In this document: positions 17,679 to 30,640 of the stretch, one piece after another
Layout of the letters: each line of letters starts with the position of its first letter
Numbering within the stretch: the first letter of the stretch is position 1
Assembly (NCBI GenBank): GCA_963677215.1
Contig: OY781919.1
Coordinates: 2,411,877-2,443,876 of the forward strand
Direction: 5' to 3'
Length of the DNA: 32,000 bases
Origin: Geopsychrobacteraceae bacterium
GTDB lineage: Bacteria > Desulfobacterota > Desulfuromonadia > Desulfuromonadales > Geopsychrobacteraceae
Notes under the pieces: model-generated
Databases searched by the model: none
What the model saw: only the letters and a program-made list of their open reading frames with translations
Told to the model about the DNA's origin: nothing
Translations under genes and position numbers: made by a program

Positions 17679-18036
17679 GGGCGAACTGTCGATCGTTCTG
17701 CTCGACAACGCCGGGATTCAGGAGGTCAACCGCGATTACCTGGGGCGCGACTGGCCGACCAACGTCATTTCCTTTTCGATGCTTGAAGGTGAGGGGGCCG
17801 GTATCCAACCCGATCTGCTCGGCGATGTGATTATCTCGACTGAACGTACGGCCAGCGATGCCGACGAGGCCGGGATCCCTTTTGAGCATGAACTCTGGTT
17901 CCTGCTACTGCACGGCATCCTTCATCTGATCGGTTATGATCATGAGCGGGGTAGTGAAGAGGACGCTGCGCAGATGGAAGCCAGGGAAAAAGAAATCTTT
18001 TCCATACTTGTTAACGAATTTTCTATTTCTGCATAG
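17578..18036 (+). CDS. ybeY: Endoribonuclease YbeY
   Basis: 152 aa; 'IQIDNRQ' N-terminus, 'RDWPTNVISF', metal site 'HGILHLIGYDHE'. Confidence 0.93.
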   Translation: MRIQIDNRQNKQRILKRPLRKIAQKILDVSGYPKGELSIVLLDNAGIQEVNRDYLGRDWPTNVISFSMLEGEGAGIQPDLLGDVIISTERTASDADEAGIPFEHELWFLLLHGILHLIGYDHERGSEEDAAQMEAREKEIFSILVNEFSISA

Positions 18037-18059
18037 ATTGCAAGGAGCTCGAAGATCTG

Positions 18060-18920
18060 GTGGATAGTGACAATGCGCAAGATTCTGACAGTTGGTTGAA
18101 GCGTCTGACCGATAAACTGGCCCTGCGTCCCAAGGCCAGCACTGAAGAAGATCTGCATGAAATGATCGATGCCTCGGAACAGCAGGGGATCATCGATGAA
18201 GAAGAAGGGGAGATGCTCCAGTCGATTCTGGAGTTGGATGAAACAATCCTCCGGGAGATCATGGTGCCGCGGACCGATATGGTCTGTGTCGACAGTGATG
18301 CTCCTCTCAGCGCTGTACTTAAAGCTATTCTCAAGACCGGTCATTCCCGGATTCCCGTCTATCGTGGCAATATCGATAACATCATCGGCCTGGTCTACGC
18401 CAAGGATCTTTTGCGTTACTGGGGGAGAGAGATTGACAATATCGTCCTCGGCGAAGTTCTGCGTCCTCCCTATCTGGTCCCCGAATCGAAGACCGTCAGC
18501 GACATGCTCAAGGAGTTTCAGGAGACCCGCGTCCATATCGCCATCGTCATCGACGAGTATGGCGGTACCTCCGGGCTGGTGACGATTGAGGACCTGCTCG
18601 AAGAGATTGTCGGCGATATTCAGGATGAGTACGACCGAGAAGACGAGTGGCTGATTGAAGAACCTGACGGAACCCTGCTGGTTGATGCCCGCCTGAATAT
18701 CGAAGAATTTGAAGAATATTACGAAGTTGAGGTTCCTCGCGAAAAATTCGATACCATCGGTGGTTTTATCGTCGAGCATTGCGGCCGGGTTCCGGCTGTT
18801 GGCGAGCGAATCAAGGTCGAGAATTTCGAGATGCTGATCGAGCAGGGGAACCAGCGGGTCATTCGCCAGGTGCGGATCTTTCCGCAGCAGGTCGCTGAGG
18901 CAGAAGGAAGCGACTCTTGA
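18060..18920 (+). CDS. corC: CorC/HlyC family CBS-domain protein (YbeX-like); GTG start
   Basis: '[54 protein letters not shown]', '[34 protein letters not shown]', CorC_HlyC C-terminal domain. Confidence 0.9.
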   Translation: MDSDNAQDSDSWLKRLTDKLALRPKASTEEDLHEMIDASEQQGIIDEEEGEMLQSILELDETILREIMVPRTDMVCVDSDAPLSAVLKAILKTGHSRIPVYRGNIDNIIGLVYAKDLLRYWGREIDNIVLGEVLRPPYLVPESKTVSDMLKEFQETRVHIAIVIDEYGGTSGLVTIEDLLEEIVGDIQDEYDREDEWLIEEPDGTLLVDARLNIEEFEEYYEVEVPREKFDTIGGFIVEHCGRVPAVGERIKVENFEMLIEQGNQRVIRQVRIFPQQVAEAEGSDS

Positions 18921-20434
18921 AGTATTTTTCCCAGATTGACCGGACCATCCTGATTTCTGCTCTTTCCGGGGTGCTGCTGGCGCTTGCTTTTCCTCGCCCC
19001 GATTTGTTCTGGCTGGCCTGGATCGGTCTGATTCCTCTGCTGCTGGTCATGGGGAAACGTCCTTTTGCCAGTGGTTTTTCTGCCGGAATCGCCTTTTTTG
19101 CCGTCGTTCTCTACTGGCTGAATATCGTGATGACCAACTACGGTGGTCTGATGCCGGTCTTTTCCGCGATCGCCTACCTGATGCTGGTCATCTATCTGGC
19201 GTTCTATTTCGGGATCGCCACCCTGACCAGCTGGGGGTTGAAAAAGCGTTACCGGATTCCACTACTGCTCAGTTTTCCCTTTTTCTGGGTTGCTCTCGAA
19301 TACCTGCGCGGTCTGATTTTCAGCGGGTTTCCCTGGGCTCTGCTCGGTTATTCCCAGCAGGATTTTTCGCTGGCCATCCAGAGTGCCGATGTGACGGGGG
19401 TGTATGGCGTCAGTTTCATCCTGGTTGCGGTCAATTGCGCCCTGGCCTGGCTGATTGTTGAACCGCGCAAACGGAACGCTTGGATAGGCGCCGTGGTTGT
19501 CGCTGTGCTGCTGGCCGGCCACCTTGGTTATGGGCACTGGTGTGAGCGGACAAAAAGTGATGAGCGCGAGGAAAGCCTGCGCATCGCCCTGATTCAGGGT
19601 AATATTGAGCAGGGGCAGAAGTGGTTGCCGGAAAATCGTCAGCAGACGGTCGATTTCTATCGTGATCTCTCCTTGCAAGCAGCCGAGCAGCCAGTTGACC
19701 TGTTGCTCTGGCCGGAAGCGGCGACCCCGTTTTTTCTGCAGGATGACGGTGCGCTGCAGCGCCAGGTCAAGGCCGTGCCTGGTGAGGCGCAGGCCGCACT
19801 GCTGGTCGGTAGCCCGTCTTATGAAGCAGATGGTGAAGGGCAGGTGAGCTATTACAACAGCGCTTATCTGTTCTCGCCGCAGGGGGAAAAGATCGGTCGC
19901 TCCGACAAGCTGCACCTGGTGCCGTTCGGGGAATATGTGCCGCTTAAATGGTTACTCGGTTTCCTTGATAAGCTGGTCGTCGGCGCCGGCGATTTCTCGT
20001 CCGGAAAATTGCAGCCGCTTGTTTATGCTGACCACAGGCTCGGAGTGCTGATCTGTTATGAAGCGATCTTTTCCGAGCTGGCCAGGACCCAGGTGCGCAA
20101 AGGGAGCGATCTGCTGATCAATCTGACCAATGATGCCTGGTTCGGCCGCTCCTCGGCACCTTATCAGCACCTTGCCATGGTGCGTTTTCGCTCCATCGAG
20201 AACAGGGTGTGGACGGCGCGCACGGCCAATACCGGAATCTCGGCCTTTATCGCCCCTTCGGGAAAAGTCATCAGCGCGACCCCGCTGTTTGAACGCCTGC
20301 AGCAGCGTGGCATCGTCGGGCTTGGGGCAGAGCAGACCTTTTATACCCGTTACGGTGACGTTTTTGCCCTGGCTTGCCTGATGCTCTTCTGCTTTGCCTG
20401 CTTTGCTCTGACGCGCAAGAAAAACAAAGACTGA
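18917..20434 (+). CDS. lnt: Apolipoprotein N-acyltransferase
   Basis: 505 aa; multi-TM N-terminus then nitrilase domain 'IALIQGNIEQGQKW...LLLWPEAATPFFL...KLHLVPFGEYVP...VLICYEAIFSELAR...LINLTNDAWFGRSSAPYQHLAM'. Confidence 0.95.
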   Translation: MKYFSQIDRTILISALSGVLLALAFPRPDLFWLAWIGLIPLLLVMGKRPFASGFSAGIAFFAVVLYWLNIVMTNYGGLMPVFSAIAYLMLVIYLAFYFGIATLTSWGLKKRYRIPLLLSFPFFWVALEYLRGLIFSGFPWALLGYSQQDFSLAIQSADVTGVYGVSFILVAVNCALAWLIVEPRKRNAWIGAVVVAVLLAGHLGYGHWCERTKSDEREESLRIALIQGNIEQGQKWLPENRQQTVDFYRDLSLQAAEQPVDLLLWPEAATPFFLQDDGALQRQVKAVPGEAQAALLVGSPSYEADGEGQVSYYNSAYLFSPQGEKIGRSDKLHLVPFGEYVPLKWLLGFLDKLVVGAGDFSSGKLQPLVYADHRLGVLICYEAIFSELARTQVRKGSDLLINLTNDAWFGRSSAPYQHLAMVRFRSIENRVWTARTANTGISAFIAPSGKVISATPLFERLQQRGIVGLGAEQTFYTRYGDVFALACLMLFCFACFALTRKKNKD

Positions 20435-20544
20435 TCGTTGGCCTCTAGCCATAACCTTAACTCGTATCCAACCTGAATACTTACGCGTCGCCCACCGGAG
20501 TTTTCGGTTGGCAGCTAACTATCACCAGTTCCGGAGATTTTCAG

Positions 20545-22299
20545 GTGCGCTATTCCTCTTTGCTGCTGGTTCCGCTTCTGTCTCTCTTGGTGTTTGCCGT
20601 CCCGCTCTGGGCGGCAGATGCCAACAGTTCATCATCCCTGCAAACAGGGATGATGACTATCGGGCTGTTCGGTGGACTGGCCCTGTTTCTTTTTGGTATG
20701 GAACAGATGACCGAAGCGCTCAAGGCCGCAGCCGGTGGTGGCCTGCAGACGATTCTGGCGCGCCTGACGACCAATCGCTTCAGCGGCGCGCTGATGGGGG
20801 CCCTGGTCACAGCGATCATTCAGTCCTCTTCGGTCACGACCGTTCTGGTTGTCGGCTTTGTGAGTGCCGGCCTGATGACTCTGAATCAGTCGATCGGCGT
20901 GATCCTCGGGGCGAACATAGGTACGACAATTACGGCCCAGATCATCGCCTTCAAGGTGACCAAGTATGCGCTGCTGATCGTTGCCGTCGGTTTTTTCATG
21001 ACTTTTACCGGTCGACGCGAGAAGGTTCGCCAATATGGGGCGATGTTTTTCGGGCTCGGACTGGTCTTTCTCGGTATGGGGATCATGAGTGAATCGATGG
21101 CTCCCCTGCGCCAGTATCCGCCGTTTCTCGATCTGATGAGACAGATGGCCAATCCTCTGCTGGGTATTCTGGTTGGCGCGGTTTTTACTGCGGTGGTTCA
21201 GTCCTCTTCGGCGACAACAGGGATCGTCATTGTTCTGGCCAGTCAGGGCTTTGTCCCTTTGACGGCGGGAATTGCCCTCGCTCTGGGAGCCAATATAGGC
21301 ACCTGTGTGACGGCGATGCTGGCGGCTATCGGTAAGCCCAGGGCCGCACTGAGGGCTGCAGCTGTCCATGTCCTGTTCAATGTCGTTGGCGTTCTGCTCT
21401 GGTTTGGATTTATCGGTCAGTTGGCGCGGCTAACGCAGTTTCTGTCACCGCTTCACCCTGAACTGACTGGTCTTGCCCGGCTGGCAGCGGAGACGCCGCG
21501 TCAGATCGCCAATGCCAATACCCTGTTCAACCTGGTCAATACCCTGCTGTTCATCGGTTTTACGCCATGGCTCGGGCAGGTTGTCAGTCGTATTTTTCCG
21601 GATCGGTTAAGGCGGGAAGACCAGCCGCTGATTGCGCCGAAATATCTTGATGAGCATCTGCTCGAGACTCCTTCGGCGGCGCTCAATGTCGTACGTCTGG
21701 AAATCGGTCATCTCGGTCAGCAGGTCCTGCTGATGTTGGCAACCGCGCACCGGGCCCTTGAGGAGCAGAGCGTCGATCTGTTCCGCGATGTTGAAAAGGC
21801 CGACGACGCTGCCGATATTCTGCATAAGGATATTCTGGAATATCTCAACGCGATAGGCAAACGGGAATTGACCGGCCAGCAGATTGAAGAATATTTTCGT
21901 CTGGCCCAGGCGGTCGATACCCTTGAAAGTATCGGTGATCTGCTGGAATCCGATTTTGCCGTGACCGGTGTGGAACTGGCCCAGCAGGGATCGCGGCCAA
22001 GTTCGATCATGTACGCGCACCTAAAAAAATTGCACGGGCTGGTTGTTGAAGCCCTGGAGTCGGCGATTCAGGCGGTTGTCAACAGCGATCAGAAGGCGGG
22101 GCAGGATGTTCTGGGGTTGCGCCTGGCGGTCAACGGCACGGTTGCCGAAGCCTTTCAGCATCAGGTGGAAAGTCTGGCCAAGAGTAATCGGGAGAGGATC
22201 GCGACGCTGCAGCTCGAGTTTGAAATGATCGACAAGCTGAAGCAGATCTACTCACTGAGTAAGCGGATCGCCCGCCTTTTTGTTCCCCCTGAGGTCTGA
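20545..22299 (+). CDS. Na/Pi cotransporter family protein with C-terminal PhoU-like domain
   Basis: 'LFGGLALFLFGMEQMTEALKAAAGGGLQTILARLTTNRFSGALMGALVTAIIQSSSVTTVLVVGFVSAG' and the repeat 'GAVFTAVVQSSSATTGIVIVLA', plus helical PhoU-like tail. Confidence 0.92.
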   Translation: MRYSSLLLVPLLSLLVFAVPLWAADANSSSSLQTGMMTIGLFGGLALFLFGMEQMTEALKAAAGGGLQTILARLTTNRFSGALMGALVTAIIQSSSVTTVLVVGFVSAGLMTLNQSIGVILGANIGTTITAQIIAFKVTKYALLIVAVGFFMTFTGRREKVRQYGAMFFGLGLVFLGMGIMSESMAPLRQYPPFLDLMRQMANPLLGILVGAVFTAVVQSSSATTGIVIVLASQGFVPLTAGIALALGANIGTCVTAMLAAIGKPRAALRAAAVHVLFNVVGVLLWFGFIGQLARLTQFLSPLHPELTGLARLAAETPRQIANANTLFNLVNTLLFIGFTPWLGQVVSRIFPDRLRREDQPLIAPKYLDEHLLETPSAALNVVRLEIGHLGQQVLLMLATAHRALEEQSVDLFRDVEKADDAADILHKDILEYLNAIGKRELTGQQIEEYFRLAQAVDTLESIGDLLESDFAVTGVELAQQGSRPSSIMYAHLKKLHGLVVEALESAIQAVVNSDQKAGQDVLGLRLAVNGTVAEAFQHQVESLAKSNRERIATLQLEFEMIDKLKQIYSLSKRIARLFVPPEV

Positions 22300-22387
22300 T
22301 CTGGGTAGCAGCGCGATTTGGCGGTTGACAACTGGTAAGTTTCGAGCAAGTATCTCTGTTTTTTTGCGAGCCTGAAGGATCGAATCT

Positions 22388-23155
22388 ATGCAGCAGGTCA
22401 CAGCAATTCTGCCGGCCCGTTATGCCTCTACCCGCTTTCCGGGCAAGCCATTGGCACTGATCGCCGGCAAGCCGATGATTCAGCATGTTTATGAACGGGT
22501 GTCGTTGGCCGACTCGGTGGATCGGGTCATTGTCGCCACGGACGATCAGCGCATCGTTGATTGCGTTGCGGCTTTCGGTGGAGAGGTCATGCTGACCCGT
22601 GCCGATCATCCGACCGGGACGGACCGTCTGGCTGAAGTCGCAAGCCGTATCGATGCGGAGCTGATTGTCAACGTTCAGGGGGATGAGCCGCTTATTCAGC
22701 CTGAAATGATCGATCAGGCCGTGGTGCCGTTGGTCGCGAATAGCGAGATCCAGATGGGAACACTGGCGTCTGTAGTCGACAGCGTCGACGATTTCCGCAG
22801 CCCGAACGTGGTCAAGGTGGTCAGGAATCTGGCCGGGTTCGCCCTCTATTTTTCCCGGGCACCAATCCCCTGGCCGCGGGATATTTTCGCGGATCAGCTT
22901 GGATATCAGCTGGCCGGTCTTGGCATCCTGCGCCATATAGGCCTTTATGTCTATCGTCGTCAGTTGCTGCTCGACTATCCGAAGTGGCCCAAGACCCCGC
23001 TGGAAGAGCTGGAGAACCTGGAACAGCTACGTGCTCTGGAGCGCGGTATCGGGCTCTATGTCGCTCAGACCGACTGCTCCTGCCATGGGGTCGATACGCC
23101 AGAGGATCTGCTTAGGGTTGAACGGCTTCTGAGTGAAAAACACGAATTAAAATAG
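22388..23155 (+). CDS. kdsB: 3-deoxy-manno-octulosonate cytidylyltransferase
   Basis: 'AILPARYASTRFPGKPLALIAGKPMIQHVYERV', 'VNVQGDEPLI', 'LRHIGLYVYRRQLL'. Confidence 0.95.
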   Translation: MQQVTAILPARYASTRFPGKPLALIAGKPMIQHVYERVSLADSVDRVIVATDDQRIVDCVAAFGGEVMLTRADHPTGTDRLAEVASRIDAELIVNVQGDEPLIQPEMIDQAVVPLVANSEIQMGTLASVVDSVDDFRSPNVVKVVRNLAGFALYFSRAPIPWPRDIFADQLGYQLAGLGILRHIGLYVYRRQLLLDYPKWPKTPLEELENLEQLRALERGIGLYVAQTDCSCHGVDTPEDLLRVERLLSEKHELK

Positions 23156-23282
23156 TAGGTTCGATTCTATTTGCAGGGTGGATCGATTTTTGCTAGATCG
23201 GGGTTTCTTTCGGACCTGTTTCTGTGTAGAATCAGCCAACTGAAGGCAAATGGCCATATGGTGGCCTTAAGTGCGAATATAG

Positions 23283-25735
<2,453 letters not shown>

Positions 25736-25743
25736 GGAAAGAG

Positions 25744-26706
25744 ATGATAGAAACAGCCAAACGTGTCCTGCAAGTCGAAGCTGAAGCCGTTCTTGCCCTT
25801 CAGGATCGTCTTGACGGGGATTTTACCAGGGCTGTAGAGATGATCCTGGCCTGCCAGGGGAAGGTTGTCATCACCGGAATGGGCAAGTCTGGGCTGATCT
25901 GTCAGAAGATTGCCGCGACCATGGCTTCAACCGGGACCCCGACCTTTTTTCTTCATCCGGCTGAAGGAATCCACGGTGATCTCGGCATGTTGTCCAGGGG
26001 GGATGTCGTCATTGCCGTCTCCTTCTCCGGCGAAACCGAAGAGGTCTGCCGGATTCTGCCGGTCATTAAACGGATGGGGCTGCCGCTGATCGCCATGTCA
26101 GGTAACCCCAAGAGTACACTGGGAATTGCCGGTGACGTTCACCTCAATGTCGCTATCAAGGAAGAAGCCTGCCCGCTGGGGCTGGCTCCTACTGCAAGTA
26201 CCACTGCGACGCTGGCCATGGGTGATGCCCTGGCCGTTGTCCTGCTCAACGAGCGCGGTTTTAAGGCGGAAGACTTTGCCCTGTTCCACCCCGGCGGTTC
26301 TCTGGGCCGCAAGCTGCTGCTGCGCGTAGATGATATCATGCTGCGTGGTGATGCTGTGCCGCTGGTCAGTGAAGAGACTCTGCTGCGCGATGCGCTGTTT
26401 GAGATCACCAGTAAAAAACTGGGGGTCACCGGTGTCGTCGATCTGGCCGGGCATCTGACCGGGGTGTTCACCGATGGCGACCTGCGTCGTATTATGGAGA
26501 AAGGGCTGGATGGCCTGGAATCCCCGATTCGGGAGGCGATGTCGACAAGTCCGAAGCGGATCCTGCGTCACAACCTGGCGGCCAAGGCGCTGCAGGTGAT
26601 GGAAGCCCACAAGATCTCCTCATTGTTCGTTTTTGAAGAAGAGGATGGCAAGGTTCCCGTTGGTGTTGTCCACCTCCAGGACCTGCTCAAGGCCGGAGTT
26701 GTCTGA
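25744..26706 (+). CDS. kdsD: Arabinose-5-phosphate isomerase (KdsD/KpsF family), SIS + CBS domains
   Basis: 'GKVVITGMGKSGLICQKIAATMASTGTPTFFLHPAEGIHGDLGML', 'SGNPKSTLG', 'ALFHPGGSLGRKLL', two CBS domains. Confidence 0.95.
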   Translation: MIETAKRVLQVEAEAVLALQDRLDGDFTRAVEMILACQGKVVITGMGKSGLICQKIAATMASTGTPTFFLHPAEGIHGDLGMLSRGDVVIAVSFSGETEEVCRILPVIKRMGLPLIAMSGNPKSTLGIAGDVHLNVAIKEEACPLGLAPTASTTATLAMGDALAVVLLNERGFKAEDFALFHPGGSLGRKLLLRVDDIMLRGDAVPLVSEETLLRDALFEITSKKLGVTGVVDLAGHLTGVFTDGDLRRIMEKGLDGLESPIREAMSTSPKRILRHNLAAKALQVMEAHKISSLFVFEEEDGKVPVGVVHLQDLLKAGVV

Positions 26707-27224
26707 TGTTGCAGAAGATGGAAAAGATCAAATTGCTGCTGATGGATGTCGACGGGGTTCTGACCGACGGGCGGATCATTTATGACAACCAGGGGAACGA
26801 GTTGAAGGCCTTTGACGTCAAGGACGGGCATGGACTGAAAATGCTGCAGCGGGCTGGAATCCAGCTGGGTATCATCACCGGGCGATCATCTCAGGTTGTT
26901 GAGAAGCGTGCCACGGAACTGGAGATTGAGATCCTCTACCAGGGGGCCAAGGTCAAGCTTGAGCCTTATCTGGAAATCCAGGCCACGACGGGACTGAGCG
27001 ATGAGCAGATCGCCTACATCGGTGATGATATCGTCGATCTGCCGCTGCTCAGAAGGGTTGGGTTCAGTGCGACCGTTGCTGACGCTGTCGAGGATGTCAA
27101 GCCGCTTGTCGATTATGTGACCACGCGCCCCGGAGGGCGCGGGGCTGTTCGTGAGGTCTGTGATATGCTGCTGCGGGCCAGTGGCCACTGGGATTCCTTG
27201 ACCGAACGCTACTTCAAGGCCTAA
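26706..27224 (+). CDS. kdsC: 3-deoxy-D-manno-octulosonate 8-phosphate phosphatase
   Basis: 'IKLLLMDVDGVLTDGRIIYDNQGNELKAFDVKDGHGLKMLQRAGIQLGIITGRSS', 'YIGDDIVDLPLL'; 1-nt overlap with kdsD. Confidence 0.94.
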   Translation: MLQKMEKIKLLLMDVDGVLTDGRIIYDNQGNELKAFDVKDGHGLKMLQRAGIQLGIITGRSSQVVEKRATELEIEILYQGAKVKLEPYLEIQATTGLSDEQIAYIGDDIVDLPLLRRVGFSATVADAVEDVKPLVDYVTTRPGGRGAVREVCDMLLRASGHWDSLTERYFKA

Positions 27225-27251
27225 CGAGACTTTGGCTTACGGATTTTGTCG

Positions 27252-27812
27252 ATGTTGAGGATACGTCGTGCACTGGCCGTTATCATTCTGCTAACTGTCG
27301 CTGCTGTTGTCACAGGTATCTGGTTTAATCGTCCTGATACCCCGCAACAGCTGCTGAATCAGCTGCCGGCAGATGTCGATCTGAGCTTGCAGGAACTGCA
27401 CTATACGCAGAATGAAAATGGCAAGGCGGCCTGGTCGCTCGATGCGACTCAGGCGGAGTATCAGCGCGAGTCGGGGGTGGCCCACCTGGCGAATGTCTCT
27501 CTTGTGCTCTATCAGCAGCAGGAGTTCGGTGAGGTGACGATGACGGCCCGACAGGGTTACTTCGATCAGCAGGCCAATGAGATTGAGGCGATTGGTGATG
27601 TTGTTCTTGTCAGTGAAAAAGGCGATCGCCTCTACACGGACAGGTTGCGCTACGATACGAAAAACAAACAGATAAGCACAGCGGATGCTTTTCGTTATCT
27701 GTCCTCCGGGAATGAGTTGACTGGCGTCGGAATGCAGATCGATCTTTCCTCCGGTCAGATGACGGTAGAGAACGATGTCCGGGCTCTTTTTGTCCCGGAA
27801 ATGGAGCCCTGA
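27252..27812 (+). CDS. lptC: LPS export ABC transporter periplasmic protein LptC
   Basis: N-terminal TM then 'VDLSLQELHYTQNENGKAAWSLDATQAEYQRESGVAHLANVSLVLYQ'; position immediately before lptA/lptB. Confidence 0.85.
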   Translation: MLRIRRALAVIILLTVAAVVTGIWFNRPDTPQQLLNQLPADVDLSLQELHYTQNENGKAAWSLDATQAEYQRESGVAHLANVSLVLYQQQEFGEVTMTARQGYFDQQANEIEAIGDVVLVSEKGDRLYTDRLRYDTKNKQISTADAFRYLSSGNELTGVGMQIDLSSGQMTVENDVRALFVPEMEP

Positions 27813-28304
27813 ATGAAGAAATGGATATTGGCAGCACTTTTTCTGTTGCTAGCGACAGTTCCCCCATCTCTTTACGCAGCTGATGCACCAGCGGATTATG
27901 ATGCCAGCCAGCCGATCGAGATCTCGGCACAGCAGCTTGAAGCTAACCGGGAGGAACGGCGCTCCATTTTCCGCGGTGATGTCGTTGCTGTTCAGGGCAA
28001 CATGACCCTGAAGGCGGACACTCTGACCGTCTACTTTCTTAAAGAAGAGAACCGTATCGACCGGCTGATTGCCACCGGTCATGTCAGGGTTGATCAGCTG
28101 GATCGTATCGCGACGGCCGACGAGGCCGTTTACAGTCGTGTTGATGAGGTGCTGACCCTGAAAGGTAATGCCCAGGTTGAGCAAGGGCAGAACCGGGTCA
28201 ACGGTAATGAGATTGTCCTCTATCTGAACGAAAACAGGACCCTGGTCACGGGATCCGAACAGGGTAGGGTCAAGGCGGTTTTCAGTCCGGAGGACGATCA
28301 GTGA
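27813..28304 (+). CDS. lptA: Lipopolysaccharide transport periplasmic protein LptA (OstA-like)
   Basis: Signal peptide; '[43 protein letters not shown]...[59 protein letters not shown]'. Confidence 0.9.
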   Translation: MKKWILAALFLLLATVPPSLYAADAPADYDASQPIEISAQQLEANREERRSIFRGDVVAVQGNMTLKADTLTVYFLKEENRIDRLIATGHVRVDQLDRIATADEAVYSRVDEVLTLKGNAQVEQGQNRVNGNEIVLYLNENRTLVTGSEQGRVKAVFSPEDDQ

Positions 28305-29026
28305 GTCGGCTGCTCAAGGCCAGTGGCCTGAGAAAGGCCTACGGTGGCCGTGAGGTTGTCGCCGGAGTTGACATGGAGGTCCGCTCCGGACAGGTGATCG
28401 GTCTGCTCGGACCCAACGGGGCAGGAAAGACAACCAGTTTTTACATGGTTGTCGGACTGGCCAGACCGGATCAGGGGCAGGTGTTTCTTGACGAACAGGA
28501 GATCACCCGCCTGCCGATGTATCAGCGCGCACGGGCCGGGATCTCTTATCTGCCTCAGGAGGCGTCGGTTTTTCGCAAACTGACTGTTGCCCAGAACCTG
28601 TTGGCGATCATTGAAACTCTGCGCCTGACCAGCGGCGAACAGAAGCAACGTCTCGAGGCCCTGCTGGATGATTTCAATATCGGGCACATCCGGAATTCGA
28701 AGGGCTATGCCCTGTCCGGTGGTGAGCGGCGCCGGGTCGAGATTGCTCGCTCTCTGGTTCTGGAACCCTCGTTTCTGCTGCTGGATGAGCCTTTTGCCGG
28801 AATCGACCCGATTGCCGTCGTCGATATTCAGGAGGTCATCTCGCAATTGAAGGAACGCGGCATTGGAATCCTGATCTCCGATCACAACGTCAGGGAAACT
28901 CTGGGGGTCTGCGACCAGGCATACATCCTCAATCAGGGAAAGATTCTGGAATTCGGAACCCCGCAATATATTGCCGACAGTCCGCTTGCCAGAGAATTTT
29001 ATCTGGGGGAAAAGTTTAGTCTTTAG
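28301..29026 (+). CDS. lptB: LPS export ABC transporter ATP-binding protein LptB (GTG start)
   Basis: '[20 protein letters not shown]', '[36 protein letters not shown]', '[10 protein letters not shown]', 'FYLGEKFSL'. Confidence 0.95.
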   Translation: MSRLLKASGLRKAYGGREVVAGVDMEVRSGQVIGLLGPNGAGKTTSFYMVVGLARPDQGQVFLDEQEITRLPMYQRARAGISYLPQEASVFRKLTVAQNLLAIIETLRLTSGEQKQRLEALLDDFNIGHIRNSKGYALSGGERRRVEIARSLVLEPSFLLLDEPFAGIDPIAVVDIQEVISQLKERGIGILISDHNVRETLGVCDQAYILNQGKILEFGTPQYIADSPLAREFYLGEKFSL

Positions 29027-29075
29027 TAGTATGACTGCAGTGGAGATGGTGTCGTCACTTCAGGAATAAGGGAAT

Positions 29076-30533
29076 ATGGCTCTCGATTTACGATTACAGG
29101 TCAAACTCAGTCAGCAATTGGTGATGACGCCTCAGCTACAGCAGGCGATCAAGTTGCTGCAACTGTCTCGTGCGGAACTGCTCGATGTCGTCACCGAGGA
29201 GCTGGCGGAGAACCCTCTGCTGGAAGAGGGGATGGACGTCAAGGATGAGCATGAGCAGGAGGCGGTTGCCGTCGCTGGAGAAGAGATCAGCGATACTGTC
29301 GAGGCTCCCCCCGAACAGGAGATCAAGGGCGAATCCGAGGGGATGGAGGATATCGACTGGGAGACCTATCTCGAAGGCTACAGCATCGGCAATACCGACG
29401 CCCGTGACAATTATGAGGATATCGAAGAGCGCCCCTCCTATGAAAGCCTGCTGACCAAGAAGGAGAGCCTCTACGATCACCTGATGTGGCAGCTGAGCCT
29501 GTCCGACTTTGAAGATCAGCAGCGGATTATTGCCACTGAAATCATCGGTAATCTTGATGAGGCCGGTTACCTGCAGGCTGCCCCCGAAGAGATCTCTGCG
29601 ACTCTTGAAGTTGAGCAGGAGATAGTTGACGATGTCCTCGACATGGTCCAGCAGTTCGACCCGGCCGGCATCGCCTGCCGGAATCTGCAGGAATGCCTGC
29701 TGCTGCAACTGGAGCGTCTCGATCTGGAAGAGTCACTTGCTGCCGAGATCCTGCGCGACTGCATCGTCGAGCTCGAGGGGCGCAAATATCCGCAGATTGC
29801 CAAGAAGCTGCAGGTCTCGGTGGAGGATGTTCTTGCTGCCGCCAAGTTGATCTCCGGTCTCGATCCCCGCCCCGGGCGGATCTACAACACCGAGGACGTT
29901 CATTATATCGTTCCCGATATCTTCGTTCACAAGGTCGGCGACGAGTACGTTGTGACCCAAAACGATGAAGGTCTGCCAAACTTGCGCATCAACTCTTTTT
30001 ACCGCAACGCTCTGACCGATTCGGACTCTGTCGACAAGCAGGCCGGTGAATATATCCAGGAAAAGATGCGCAGTGCCGTCTGGCTGATCAAAAGTATCCA
30101 TCAACGCCAGAGAACGATCTATAAGGTGACCAAGAGCATCGTCAAGTTCCAGCGTGAATTCCTCGATCATGGTATCGAATACCTGAAGCCTCTGGTGTTG
30201 CGCGACGTTGCTGAAGACATCGAGATGCACGAATCGACGGTCAGTCGGGTGACAACCAACAAGTATGTCCAGACCCCTCAGGGGCTTTTCGAATTGAAGT
30301 TTTTCTTCAACAGCGGTATCAACACTGCTGACGGCGATGCTGTCGCCTCGGAGAGCGTCAAGAGCCGCATCAAGGAGATTGTCGCCGGCGAAGATCCCAA
30401 GAAGCCATATTCTGATCAGAAGATTGTTGCCCTGCTCAAGGACAAGGATATCAATATCGCTCGCAGGACCGTGACCAAGTATCGTGAAATGCTTGGGATC
30501 GGCTCTTCCACGGAGCGCAAAAGACTGTTTTAA
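29076..30533 (+). CDS. rpoN: RNA polymerase sigma-54 factor
   Basis: N-terminal region I 'LKLSQQLVMTPQLQQAIKLLQLSRAEL'-type sequence and RpoN box 'ARRTVTKYREMLGIGSSTERKR'. Confidence 0.97.
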   Translation: MALDLRLQVKLSQQLVMTPQLQQAIKLLQLSRAELLDVVTEELAENPLLEEGMDVKDEHEQEAVAVAGEEISDTVEAPPEQEIKGESEGMEDIDWETYLEGYSIGNTDARDNYEDIEERPSYESLLTKKESLYDHLMWQLSLSDFEDQQRIIATEIIGNLDEAGYLQAAPEEISATLEVEQEIVDDVLDMVQQFDPAGIACRNLQECLLLQLERLDLEESLAAEILRDCIVELEGRKYPQIAKKLQVSVEDVLAAAKLISGLDPRPGRIYNTEDVHYIVPDIFVHKVGDEYVVTQNDEGLPNLRINSFYRNALTDSDSVDKQAGEYIQEKMRSAVWLIKSIHQRQRTIYKVTKSIVKFQREFLDHGIEYLKPLVLRDVAEDIEMHESTVSRVTTNKYVQTPQGLFELKFFFNSGINTADGDAVASESVKSRIKEIVAGEDPKKPYSDQKIVALLKDKDINIARRTVTKYREMLGIGSSTERKRLF

Positions 30534-30640
30534 CTGATTAATGACCGCGGCGTGGGGCCTGATGCTTTGTCGGCGATTCTGCGCTATACTGTAGTTACAG
30601 GTTTCATTCCGAAACCCGCTTGATTGAAGGAGGATGCCAT

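Noticed and set aside
17940-18779. 279-aa minus-strand ORF opposite corC
   Set aside because: Antisense artefact; the plus strand encodes a clear CBS/CorC-HlyC protein.
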